The notes under the pieces are model-generated. The model had not been told where the DNA came from, did not search any database, and saw only the letters and a program-made list of their open reading frames with translations. A stretch of DNA of 64,000 nucleotides, from NCBI RefSeq assembly GCF_964204645.1, contig NC_134031.1, forward strand, positions 3,596,001 to 3,660,000, read 5' to 3'. Positions 51,336-63,812 of the stretch are shown piece after piece (position 1 is the stretch's first letter; every line of letters starts with the position of its first letter). The DNA comes from Tubulanus polymorphus. Taxonomy: Eukaryota; Animalia; Nemertea. Position numbers and translations under genes: made by a program.

Positions 51336-53222
51336 GCATTGATTCAACTTTATCCGACATATAAACTCAAGAAAATCGTCGATGAAAAATGTCAATGGAT
51401 CTATATACACCTGTTTTTAGAAGACGCGTTAAGAATGATGTTATAATTTTGACATTTCATCTCAAACCTACGAACCTTTGGTACCATAAGCTCAATTGGT
51501 TTTGAGTAGTTTAGTATTTGTCTGACCGATTCTCGGAATCCAGCCTGAAGAACAGTGAAAAAATTTTGTCAGATCTATTTTTGTGTACCTGAATAAGGCA
51601 GTTACAATAAGAATGATATTGATTTTAGTAACTACGTAACTTCTTCGAGACTCTAATAATTCATAACACAATAAGCAAATATATTCAGTTGATAAATCTA
51701 AAATAAAAGTTTTGCTAATTCTTTCATCAAATATGTACGTGGTATTCATCAGATCCATTCTACGGGTAAAATTCGAAATTGTTATATGTAGTTTAGTATA
51801 TTGGTAGTTTGCGCTTCATTATAGATATTTTCACAGCTAGAGAACTCCACAAAAATATTTAATTAGATATCCATCTCCAGTAAGCTATAAAAAAAACTGA
51901 TTTCGGGACGCCTCGATAGCTGTACCTGAGCAAATTTAATTGGCAACCAGAAACGTTACCACACGTTATAGATCATTTTCGTAACGCCCTGATAGCTCTG
52001 AACAAATTTAACTAACCACCATTTCTAGCTAAGTGTCAGATATCCGTAGTGCATCATGTTATTCGTTTCGTCAGCAAGAGAGCAAAAAACATCCTTTTAC
52101 ATTTATTATGAATGATTTATCATCGGTCAACAAATTTCAAAAATAATAGGCAGGATATTCTAATTTAGGCCCATATTTGTGCCATTTTGGCGTAGTTATT
52201 GCAAATATAATCCTAGTAATTTCATTGAATATAGCTTTAAAAAGGCGCTCAGAAATCAGCACTCAAAATATACATGACAACCAAGCTGTTGCGGTTTCAG
52301 TTATGTGCAGCCTTTTCTTCAATGCCAATAATCCTTTTTTTCAAATTCAAAGATTTCATCTCAAATCTTAATTTCTATTTGCCCCATTAGTTGGTATAAG
52401 CCCATCCGATTATAAAAAGCTTATCACCAACGATTAGGCCTAACTAACTTTAGGCCTAATATGTTATAGATGAAATCTAAGTGACGGATGCCTCGTTACA
52501 CAGCCATTGATTATTCAACCATTATTTAGATTAAAAAACACTACTTTTCCGGAGGCACCGTCGACTACTGTGGTGAAAGAAAATTACCCCAAATGTTGTC
52601 TTGGATAAAAAGAATGAACACCAGAAAATTTGCTTTTTTGTGAATAAAAATTTCGTAAATCTCTCAGGAAAATCACTTAAGAAATTTGAAATCAATCCGA
52701 TACGCAGAAAAAATGATGTCCGGTACATCATTGAACACCCAGTCCACAGAGAGAGAGAGAGACTGGGTAGATTGATAACTGGACCAGCAGGTTCATTCCA
52801 AGACGATAACAGCGGTGAACTGCAAGTACAACCTGGAAGTTAACAGCCGTTTGGCATTGCAAATTGCAATTCACATTTCAAAGAAGACGAATTCTGTGAG
52901 AAAAAAATTTAGGACACAACAAAATGTATCATGCATCACAAATGTGCACAAAAAATATTTATTTCTTTTAATGTTTCGATTTGATGATATAATTGATCTG
53001 AAATAATCAAATTACGAATAAATTTAGATTTTCAACATGTTCTGAACATCATTTTCAGTATATATAGTAAGCAATCGAGTTCAGTTAGGCCTACTTTCGA
53101 CATTTCGTCTATAAAATGCACAGTTTTCATTTTCTACCCCAGGTCCTCTCAGATCATTGCTGCGCTGCGCTGCTGCAGTTTTACCCGTAGCTATCTGAGT
53201 GTCCCGCGATTAGACCCACAAA

Positions 53223-56088
53223 ATGATGGGTAGGGACCTGCTAGGGGCGTTTATCTTCGCGTTATGTGTAAGTTTATGATATTTTTCGAGTATTTAACAA
53301 TTGTCTTTGGGTTTTGAATCAAATATAAAGTTTTAATGAGCGCTCGACAATAAATAGAGATAGTGCCACGTCCATCCAATTGAAATTCAATGTCAATTGA
53401 AATTGAATATATTTATTGTCCCCAGTAAATAATTTCGACCGATTTACCAAAGAAAATGATTTCGAACCAATCTTCAGTGAAGTTAGATTAAAGGGTAAAC
53501 AGTTAACTGCAGTTTAGTAATCATACTGCCGAACCTATCCTGAACCAGTCACTATGATTAATAATAATTAGTGTTGATACTAGTGCCACCACGCACAGAC
53601 CAAAACCACTACTAATCAATGTCTATTTATTAATTGATGAGACCTGTTTTTCTGGGATATTTTGCTTACTTTTTGGGGTACATACCTCATTTATGTCTTA
53701 ACAGAATGCCAAAAATCGCGGACAACAACTGAATATCCGATATATTTCCAGTTCTGTACCGATTAGATGGATTGGCAAAAAGACTCCTTAAGTCCAGTTG
53801 AATGAGAGAGAAAATCCTCCATTTTGTCAAATTTCTTGGATTTGAACATTGTTACCATGCCTACGCCACCCTGATTTAGTTGTTGAGACCCCACAAGAAA
53901 AATAACTTCATTTCGTAGGCATGGTGACAATGTAAAAATTCAAGAAATTTCACGTATAAAAAGTGTCCACCTTTATTTCTGGTTATTTTAGTTCTCTCAT
54001 TTTCAGGTTTGGTTCGGACAGAGTCAAATACTGGGACTCGAAGATTGTCGAGGTTTAGGATTCTCAACGAATCTATTGCAGAGAAGCTCGTGCAATGAGT
54101 TGGATCAGTTCGGTTTGATGAAACTGAAGGGCGACTGCTTGAAATGTTGTCAAGAAGAGGAAGATAATACAAAACTGGTGAGTCCTTAACTTTTGCAGTT
54201 TGAATGATTGTTTTTCAGCAGAAAATAGACTTATTATTACAGCATAGTTTCCAAAGTACCGGAAAATCAGTAATAACTTGACAATTCTGAATGGTATCTG
54301 CCGTTTGGGAAATATTTTGCAATTTTCTAAATTTTCCTCTAGCCTAATCTGGAAGGACGATGTTTTGAAAATTCATTTTAAGCTGTTCACGCAGCATGGT
54401 TCTGCTTTGTGAATTATTTTCCCAAGGGCAGCTTTCTGAAGCGATTTTAGCCTACTTGAAAATCTCCTATATTAATCGTTCACCATTATAAATGTTGGCA
54501 GCCCTATAGTATGCTGGCATGTTCATTTTACGGAGGCCCCATCTCCATTTTGGTTGGAAAATAAAAAGATTGTCCCATGAAACTTGGGAATTTTGAATTA
54601 GTGTGACTGTGGGAACCAGGGTTCATCATGAACCCCCAGGTTTGAATCCTTGTTGATGGAAGAAGGGGTTCATTGGACCTTCGAATCCTGGTGACTGTGG
54701 AGTTCCTTCTTGGGTGACTGACTGGTGGTTCTTCTTAGGCCTCTCCCATCCGTCGGGAAAAAGTTTCTCATTCCTCCTATTGCGACTCGGGTCTCACAGA
54801 GTCACAAACCGTTACTGATTTTCGAAATACTGATTTGATTTGGTTGATGCATACAGAAATATATGTTACCGATGGTTCTTACTGTTGATTACTGATTAAT
54901 TTGAACATTTTCTTTCATATTTCAATGAAATGTTACTGAAAAAAATTAAATTTGTTACTGATAGCACTTTTCAGAGGTTGGCAGCCCAGGTCTCAGTTTG
55001 CTGTTGTAGCTTGGTGAAACGTAAATATCTGAACACTCAGTAGTTATGTTTTTATATCATTGCAGACCCATCCATTCGCAACTTTAGAGGTGTGCGCATG
55101 AAAATTGGGAAGGTTTCCACAAGTCCAAGGTAAATAGTGGTTGTGGCAAACGAGGACTCGGCGATAATCTGCTAGAATCGCTATTGACACTGGGTTACCA
55201 CGCTCCAATTTCATGCTAAATTCTAATCGACTTTTACCATTAGTAAATCAATTTTCAGAGAAATCTATGCCATACACTCGAGTGAGAAAGTGAATCTTGT
55301 ATCTATCCGATGTTTCGTTCGATAATTTTTGGATTTGACTAAAAATCAAGTTCAAATTTCATTGAAATTGAATGGATTTTCACTGCGTATAACCCAGTGT
55401 CTTGTTGCGCCATCTGGTGGGTGCTGGTACCCCATTGAAGATCTATAGTAACTGTATCTGGGAAGAACCAGAAAGTCCGTTCATCATCAACGATGGTTCC
55501 TTATATCCAGTATTATGAAATTATTGAAATTAATACTTACTATTACCTGAAGTTGTTTAACTAGAAGCCGGAATGTAAAATAATCAAAATAATGAAATCT
55601 TAAATGATCAAATTTGGCGAAAGTAAAGAGCATGGTTCGTTGGTGCAAGTAGAGGGCAGTGGCCTGATTAGCTCGGTGGGATAAAGCTTCAATTTTGGTA
55701 AAGGGATCATTCATTTATTACGTACGCATAAAATTTGAAATTTCCAACCCTCCTCCCCTCTGTACGCATTTTTTCATATACATTAAGCATTACAGTACGC
55801 AATTGCACTGACCCCCCCCTCCCCTAATGCGTACGTAATAAATCAATGACCCCAAAGTGTCCTCTCTGTGCAGTGTTATCGTTGTATATATTTCTGTTAG
55901 TGTTGTTTGCAGCTTTTGTGAAGAGCGAACGGCCGAACCAATTCGCCGGTTTAACCGTTCGCTACGTACGCGGAGCCGATCCGCTCATCAAACTGATGAA
56001 CGAGAACAACGACGTCGTGGAGACTTTGAGCATCGATAAATGGAACACGGACACCATCGAAGAATTCCTACGCGAACATCTGAGATAA
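53223..56088 (+). CDS. SELENOF: Selenoprotein F (Sep15), 151 aa, 4 exons, Sec at TGA 55099-55101
   Basis: Exons 53223-53267 (signal peptide; least certain), 54007-54177, 55066-55129 and 55913-56088. Motifs EDCRGLGFSTNLL..SSCNEL..CLKCCQEE; LEVCA(U)KLGRFPQVQAFVKS; YVRGADP..LSIDKWNTDTIEEFL. Confidence 0.95.
55703..55853. mobile_element. MITE in SELENOF intron 3
   Basis: TIRs GGGATCATTCATTTATTACGTACGCAT...ATGCGTACGTAATAAATCAATGACCCC. Confidence 0.8.
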
Positions 56089-56466
56089 TTCTGCCTGACA
56101 CAAAAAAAAAACGACATGACCTTCGGCTTCAAATATCTGTATTCTTTCAGGAGTTAGTGAGTCTTTAATCAGGGTTCTTCTTACATGTTTTGGAAACTGA
56201 GAATTTTCTTCCAGCCCCTAGAAGGTTGCCATCATTATGGTAATCATGATTTAGTTTGTTGAGGAATTGACTCTTTATCTGAAAGAATTTGGTTATTTAG
56301 AGCATTTTGGATATTTTGGCCATACTTTCTTTTACCACTATCCTAAGGCTTGAATTGATACACACTATTTCGATGTCGTCAATTTTGTAGAATCGTGTTC
56401 ACAGACATCAGTTTTAGACTTCGTGTAGTTAGTTAATCAGTGACGTTTCATATCCGGTCGTTTTTC

Positions 56467-56541
56467 TTCCATATTTTTGATGGTTTTACCTCGAAACTGC
56501 GTGATCTCGCGGTGGGTAGAACTTGATGTATTCACGAATGG
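56467..56541 (+). promoter_or_regulatory. SECIS element (form II) in the SELENOF 3'UTR
   Basis: UGAU (56478-56481) / UGAU (56524-56527) core; helix II GGUUUUACCU:GGGUAGAACU; AAA (56494-56496) 12 nt above the core; apical ministem CUGCG:CGCGG; AATAAA at 56684. Confidence 0.85.
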
Positions 56542-59239
56542 ATTTAAAACTTTATTATTCGTCGCCGGTTTTCGTGAACTCTCGAGACGTTTTTAACTGT
56601 AGAAACTGTTTAGTTTTTCCTCTCACTCCGTTGACAATCTTCATCTTGTAAATATAAGTCATCGATCATGGAATCGCTGTCGTAATAAATTAAGTATTAT
56701 AATAATGAATATTACGCGTGTTTGTTTATTGCGTCAGGCCCCTGTGGTTCAGATGGGACTAAGAGAACCTGACAATCAGGATAAGAAAACACGTAGACCG
56801 TTGAGAGGCGACGCACAAGGAGTCTCACACTCGCCATCTAGTGGCTATATGGTTGAACCGTTACAACACCGATTTTACCCAATAGATGGCGAGCATGATT
56901 TCAACACATCGATGAGGAAAAGAGCTAGTGGGAAGTTAGAACTGGTCAGTTCAGCGAAATTCCAATAGATGGCGACCATGATGTTTTCAAAACACCTAGG
57001 CAGAGACAATCAGAGCATTGAATAAAGCTACGTCTTCCTTCTAAGGGGTACAATGGTCTTTGATTGCAGGGTCTTATAAGGCGTCCTCAATTCAGGCATA
57101 ATTGCTCTCTATACCCGGGGTCTTCCAAAACCAGACCAACGATAACGTAATTACAAATGTTACTAGAAAAACATTTTTTTATTTTCATCATTTTTACATA
57201 TTAATAACACGCGGGTCAGTCCTCAAAAACTGGTCATACATACAAAATATCCAGCAGCACAATAAATAATCAGTTTCTATTCTTAGAACGCACCTTCTAT
57301 CGAGCGTCAAAAATGATAATGACTAACAAATGAAAATAGATCAGCTAATCGAAAAAAAAAGAATAACTATATATGTACCCTATGCTATGGTTGAATGAAT
57401 CCCTAATGTCATACTAATCGACCAGATCAACAAAATGCCATCCAGAGATGCCACAGATTTATTCAAGACTTCTTGACGAAGACCGCGCAATAACAAATAC
57501 CTCACAGCAGTCTGGAGGCATTTATACAAACATATAACTTAATGCATTCATACCGGTACAGATTGCGTTCGAAGGATTTTTATGGTCTGTGAAACTGTGT
57601 CTAATTTCAAGAGAATCGTATACTAGGCCTATAGGGCTAGATAAAAATATTCTCTAAATAGCCGAAATGAACAGTAAAATATCTTACGGGTTTAAATATA
57701 CATGTTAGTCAGATATGACTCGAGCTCGGTTTACTATATAATGCACATCCACAGGCAGAGACTAGACATGATTTGTCATTCATTTATAAATCAAACTTCG
57801 TTTTAGTTCATATGACGGGTGTAAGTTGAGAGCAGTTCATCAACGGTTTTGCTCGTAAAACAACAGCATACAGTAAACCTCGCCTTCCTTGGAGTTGTTC
57901 TTTATATTTTGATGTGCTGCACCATAGACAAGCGTTTGGACACATTTTTTTGGACCACCCATATTATATATTGTACCACGGTCACGTTGCGTATAATTTC
58001 CGCAAGATATTTGCTTACCAGGGTTTCAAAGAACTTATCATAATTACCGATATATCGGTGTCATCGAAAATCAGAAGGTTATTGGTGCACCTGTTAGACA
58101 CTGACCCTATACAACCTCATCACTTTGGATGCACAAATATGGATGGTCCTTTTTATGAATTTTCACACAATTTAGTGGATTCTTTCTGTGGAGATATCGA
58201 AAGCGTGCTAGCTTATCAGAGTGTAACATTTACATAAATGCGTTTCTCGGAATCGTAGATTTTTCAAATTACCACGGACATGCACAGTTCAAAAATACAA
58301 AATAGTTTAATGACAATAAAAGTAGATTTGTTCAAATGTTACGGCTTTCAGGAACGGTGGGTGATCATTATCCTGTATTCAGTCAATCTTTTAGGACAGT
58401 TCTCATTAACAAATACATAATTATCTAATTACACAAGCCACACACACTGATGCATCCTCTCCTCGCCGAGATTCGAATCTGATGCATCCTCTCCTCGCCG
58501 AGATTCGAATCTGATGGCATTCTGCGACTAGGTATGAACCGCTGTCCTAGTAAACACCATCCTACCTAACGGATATTTGAATTTGATGCATGGAAACGTT
58601 GAATCACGGTGGGAGAATGAATGGGTCTACCAATGGAAGCATCTGTCTCGTGATCAGGTTCGAATTGCTTTGAGGGAGGATGGATCGGGCAGGGTTTCTT
58701 GAGGTCTTAAACCCTCAGAGGGTAGGTGGGTCTACTAAGGCAGGGTTTCAAACTGTAGCAGTCTTGCCACAACATCAAAAGTTTAAATCCCAGTCTACTA
58801 TACAGTGGTCTATGCAAGTTTAGAATGCAAGCCCTGCTTGGATCACTCAAGTAAGTTTTAGACCTAGTCAGTTTCATTCTATAGCAGAGTCTCGCCATAC
58901 CATCAGGTTCAAATCTCAGTAAAGGCAGATGATACCTAAGTAAATTACAGCTGACAAGTAGGCCTACCGGGATTTATCTTATTAGTCTTTCAATAATCTG
59001 TTATTCAATCATAAAATAAGTTAGCTCTTCCTATCATTTGCGGCATGGATTTGCATCTTCAACGTCAGTCGACAAATTGACTGATTGTTTGCCGACCGAA
59101 CATACGCATCTCGTAGCTTCAAACAATACTCAATGTATTCTCGGTCATTCGTGTTAAAAATGCACTCGCTGGAACTTTAAGAAATAAAAGATCTCCGATT
59201 TCTGCTTCTTTCTAGACACTTGTATTTAGAAATTCCTCT

Positions 59240-60577
59240 TCACCTCGGTCGAATTTTTTCGTAATTGAACTGGAGTCCTTTCTCCATTAGAACGCCGTGT
59301 TTCGCCGTGAACGTTCGTCGTTTAATGAAATGAAAATGATCCTTCGCGAATTCATAGAATTCATTCTCCATTTTCCAGATATCCGACTCGCGAATTTTCG
59401 ACAGCGCCGACGGCGACGGTGGCTGTTTGTTAAACGTTTTCCGCAAGTGCGATTTACGACCTGAAAAATTGGAAATCGAAATACCTACGATTACTACAAA
59501 TATAATGAATAATTTAGATAATCCCACAATCATGAAGAAAACAACAAGGATATGGTGTCTTATCAATCGTGAAATATCGTATACATGTATGTAACCATCG
59601 AATATACATCAAACCCACTTAACCCAGATTTTGAATTGAAATTTATTTAGAAGACACAAAAAAACAGTACAGAATATAGAAATTTATAAATATAAATCAG
59701 TCATAAATGTACAAAAAATGTGTCAAGGATTCATCCGGATCAGTTTCATCTCAACTCTTCTCACTTATCAATCGCTTCAATCATCTCCCCACAATCAAAC
59801 CCGCTTCAACTAGATACGTTTTCTGGGTTCTGATCTTATCAGAAATCATTTACTATACATAAATGTACGTAAAATATGATCGGGGTGTGGTATTTGGTAT
59901 TTCTCGCACTCGAGATGGCTGCGTTTACGTACCCGTATTATAAAGCTCGGTTGCGCCCTTGAAAAACCGCGGCAGCGTCACTTCCAGCACGGCGACGAAA
60001 TCGCCCAGCTCTTCCGTAATACCCACGACGAGGTAATTATTGACTAAATTATACTTGGCTTGATCCAACGCCCATCGATTGCCTGGTACCCTGCAGCAAT
60101 ACAAAGACGATAAACATTTCATTAAGTTCCGTGCGTATGCCCGCGGAAACACCGTGAATAAAAAGAACTAGTTGTTTATGCCATCAGTGTTTGTTAATGA
60201 CGTTGATTTTGTCGAGTTGGCAGTACAAAAATATAGTTTTGAGCACCGCTGACAAAAAATGCTCGCCTCGTAAATCGTCTATGACATCCTCTAATAGCCT
60301 ACTAGTGTTGAAATCTTTTAACGGCTATGTTCTCCTGAAGCCTCGGTAGATCAAATCACTAGTAGACAATTGGATGATGCCATCGAAAAAGAGCCGTCAT
60401 CTTTTATGGAAGGGATAGGGTTCGATAGTGTCAGCAGTACTCAAAGAGGAAACTATAGTAACGTCTATACTTAACGTACCAACATTCGGCCGCGTGGCCA
60501 CAGAAAAAAGGTATCTGCATCCACAGATTCTCCGGCTCACAATCTGTACCATCATTCATAACGCATTCATCAAACGT
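59240..60577 (-). CDS. HS2ST1: Heparan sulfate 2-O-sulfotransferase 1, last three coding exons (5' part beyond the right edge)
   Basis: Exons 60577-60480 (TFDECV..DCEPENLWMQIPFFCGHAAECW), 60090-59933 (VPGNRWALDQAKYNL..VGITEEL..LPRFFKGATELY) and 59460-59240 (KSHLRKT..SDIWKMENEFYEFA..FNYEKIRPR). Phases are consistent. Confidence 0.95.
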
Positions 60578-60741
60578 CTGAAAATAGTCATGAAAAGAAG
60601 ATCTAAATCACGAGCATCACGACCACTTCCGAAGCGCTAAGAAACTGCTGAAAATCTGGGGCCAGTTCTATATAGACTGGTATTACCTTTAACCCGGAGG
60701 CTAATTGAATAGAAAATGAATTTAGTTAATCCCCTGGTTAA

Positions 60742-61029
60742 CCCTTTCAGTGCTGACTAATTAATACCTTATAGTGCTGGAGAAAATTTGAAAATTCTAA
60801 AAAATTCCACCCTAGTGTGTTGAACAATGGGAATACCACTGTAGTGCGTCTACACCGCAGTGCGGTGTATCGTTAGTTACTAGTATTTCACTATGTTTGA
60901 CACTTGCTGCCATTTTTCAATAGAGATAATTACAAATTACTAATTACATCAATACACCGCAGTGCGGTGTACTAGCAAAATCCATCACTGATTTATACAC
61001 CGCACTGCGGTGTAGACGCACTGAAAGGG
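60742..61029. mobile_element. piggyBac MITE family A, nested in a GGGGCCAGTT-type MITE (60657-61064)
   Basis: Intact TIRs and TTAA TSD. Host TIRs CTGGGGCCAGTT..GACTGGTATTACCTTTAA / TTAAAGGTAATACCAGTC..AACTGGCCCCTG flank it. Confidence 0.9.
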
Positions 61030-62109
61030 TTAAAGGTAATACCAGTCAAGAAAACTGGCCCCTGAAGATTTAAAATATTCGATGTATACAGTATAGGTAT
61101 TATTTGGTCAGTCAAACATTCATACAATCCTGTGAGGCTAACACACTCCATTAACCTTCAGTAACACATACTGGTATTCTTCACTGTTTTGAGCACGATC
61201 ACACGGAGACGATTTGGCCCTGGACCGGACCCGAGTCAAATTTTGTCCAGTGCTTCTTACCTCACAATCACTGGTTTATACCAGTAAGCGTTTTATGGAA
61301 TTATTTTACCAGTGTAAAAATTTCAGGCCGTGTCAAAACAGCTATTAGGAACAGTTGGCTTCGGTATGGGCCAAACTTGTCGTGCATCAAAAATGCTCAT
61401 GTGATGGCTGCTCTAGTCATCAGATTTATAGAGGGTTTCCTTTTTCCTGGGGACATGTTTGAAATTCCACAATGGTTTGTTTCACTGTCAACTAAGATCT
61501 CGTCAGGTATTTTCACAGGAGTATCACACTTTCCAATGAGAAATGGCAAAAAAATCAGATTGCCATAGATACATAAATTCCTCATTGCATCCAGTTACAT
61601 GTGATTGGCCAGAATTGAAACAAATCAGGAGAAGAAAAACTTCTGAAATGTTCCATTCATGAACATCGGAAATTCTTAATTAAATGAATTAAAGATACAA
61701 CAAATAGTCGACAAATTGACTTTATTTTAATTTTAGATGTCACAAAAAACCTCACTGAACTTATTTTCTTGAATTAAACAAATGACCACTAATCATTACT
61801 ATCAAAAACACAAAATCGGCATCTTCACCAATTAATCTACCATGAAATGACTACTATGACAACACAACAAATCAGTTACATATAGTGAAAATATGTTGAT
61901 TAAAGCGATGAAATTTGAACTGGATTTTAAGGCTACAGATTTAAAATATATTATCAAATGACGGTACCCCATTGAAACGTGGTAACCAAGTTACCACTAG
62001 CGACACCTGGTGGATCCCTGTAGAATCCTCGCTTGCCACAGTACCGGTCCCTCACTAACAGCATACGCCACGAAAGTAAACTATTCTAGTAACATCAAAT
62101 CGATCATAA

Positions 62110-62583
62110 CTAAAGCATTCCAATAGGCTCAGTACGACTACATCTCTCATTTCTGATACGACCTGTGCACTTTCTTGTACCACAACATTGTGAACTGGAG
62201 AAACATCTGCTTCCCATTGGTTTACAAGGCATCGACCTGCATTCATATCTTCCGGGAACGAATTCCCAACCTTGAGTCCTTCCTCCTGTCATCATACACC
62301 TCGCTTTGTAACCAGGACTATCTGCCGCGCAACATTCTTCATTAGATCTACAGGCCTGACCTTGTGGCGTACATTCCTTTTCCTTCTCCTTAGGTAAACA
62401 ATACGTGTTGGGCATCGAGTCTAGAATTTTTCGGCACACCCTTTCTTTGCCCGGTTTTGAACAACACGTATCTGTTTGGCGGTTGCAGGGTTTTGCCCAT
62501 TCTATGCATCCTGCGTCCTGACTCGCGTTGACATGCGCGAGCATGAACATCAGCAAACCACTAGTTATCATAAACAGATTCAT
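62110..62583 (-). CDS. Secreted cysteine-rich protein with three tandem ICK/knottin-like domains (toxin-like), 157 aa, nested in the HS2ST1 intron
   Basis: ATG 62581-62583 follows acceptor tttcag (62587-62592). Signal peptide MNLFMITSGLLMFMLAHVNA|S; 18 Cys arranged as 3x C-C-CC-C-C. Candidate 5'UTR donor gtaagt at 62670-62675, TATAAAT at 62761-62767 and AATAAA at 61721-61726 (all minus strand). Confidence 0.88.
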   Translation of the reverse strand: MNLFMITSGLLMFMLAHVNASQDAGCIEWAKPCNRQTDTCCSKPGKERVCRKILDSMPNTYCLPKEKEKECTPQGQACRSNEECCAADSPGYKARCMMTGGRTQGWEFVPGRYECRSMPCKPMGSRCFSSSQCCGTRKCTGRIRNERCSRTEPIGML

Positions 62584-63044
62584 TTTCTGAAATAATAAGG
62601 GCACGGTAAATAAATGTTCATACGATTGATTTACGTGCTACTAGACAAAATGCACAATTTCAAGTTTTTACTTACTAGTACGTTTCTTCCACCAACGTCA
62701 CCGAGGAAATGTCCGAATAACGCGGATTAAGGGTTTTTAAACAGACGATTATAAATATGAATTTATATTGTTCACGGCAAAAATCACAAAGACATTCACC
62801 GATGCGATGCATGCGTTCCAGAACAGGAACCAACAGGTCAGCGATGGCTCATTGCCAACAAGTTAATAGGAATTGAATCGTTTTGCTATGAGCGCTATGA
62901 TCTTAAATTGACCAGGGAAGTCACACTTCCCTGAATTGACCAATATTCAATGTATACAGCATAGGTATTATTCGGTCAGTCAAACATTCATACAATTCTG
63001 TGAGGCTAACACACTCCATTAACCTTCAGCCAATTCACCATAAG

Positions 63045-63812
63045 TCACGATTGATAAAACACTATATGTGTTGACGCGATGTAGAGAGAATCCCACAATG
63101 ATAAGGAAAAAGGAGAATATAAATATAAATTGTAACTTAAAATCAGTAGTAAAGGGACAAACTAGGGGCACTTAAATTAAAACAATGGTGAATACAAGTT
63201 GAGACTAAGATTGATGGGTGACACATAACAAAGGGATCAAAGGAGAATTCAGGTTTTAAGTTTAACCAGTTCACAGAGGAATTTTGATATAAGTTTATTG
63301 TGGGGTGAAAAACCATTGTTAAAATTTACAACATCGTTCGAATTTTCAATTATTAGTGCAGATTCCAAAATATGTCTTTTAGTTTTATCGCTGCAAGGGT
63401 AAATCCATTCGGCATTAACGAAATCAAAATTGTGTGAGGTCTGAAATACATGACTAGCAACTCCGCTTTCAGGTTTAAAGTTTTTTACATCTAACTAGTG
63501 CTCGATTTTAAGTTACAATTTATATCTATACTCACTATTGTTTCTTATAATTACCCTTGGTTTGCTTCCCTTTAATCTATCTTAACGTGTAACTGTTTCA
63601 ACGTTCATTTTCCTTTATGTATCATCTCTGATTACTTGAATTAGTCTCTTTGTCTCTGGATTGTATATATATATATATATATCTCATAATTTTTGTTATA
63701 TCTCATTATTCCTGAAGATGACTATTAGGATATAGTCGAAACGTTGAATAAACTACTATCTCAAAGTTACATTTTCGGATTTTTTCCTTATCATTGTGGG
63801 ATTCTCTCTACA
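63045..63812 (-). mobile_element. 5'-truncated Penelope-like retroelement (GIY-YIG C-terminal remnant with inverted pLTR)
   Basis: TSD TTCACCATAAG (63034-63044 and 63813-63823); 32-bp inverted repeat 63080-63111/63781-63812; 35-bp tail. Minus-strand frame 63503-63249 reads EH*LDVKNFKPESGVASHVFQTSHNFDFVNA..KRHILESALII..VVNFNNG. Confidence 0.88.
63706..63751 (+). ncRNA. Minimal type I hammerhead ribozyme in the Penelope pLTR
   Basis: UUAUUC-CUGAAGA-U-GACUAU(uaggau)AUAGUC-GAAA-CG-UU^-GAAUAA; perfect 6-bp stems I and II. Confidence 0.85.

Noticed and set aside
57849-58043. DKRLDTFFW resembling the C-terminus of CR1 LINE ORF2
   Set aside because: Match too short to support a call without a search.
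61397-61585. 62-aa minus-strand ORF with a hydrophobic start
   Set aside because: No Cys framework, no HS2ST similarity and no splice support.
62584-62604. GTG start given in the ORF track for the knottin
   Set aside because: The extra codons overlap a splice acceptor (tttcag); the ATG at 62583 gives a clean signal peptide.
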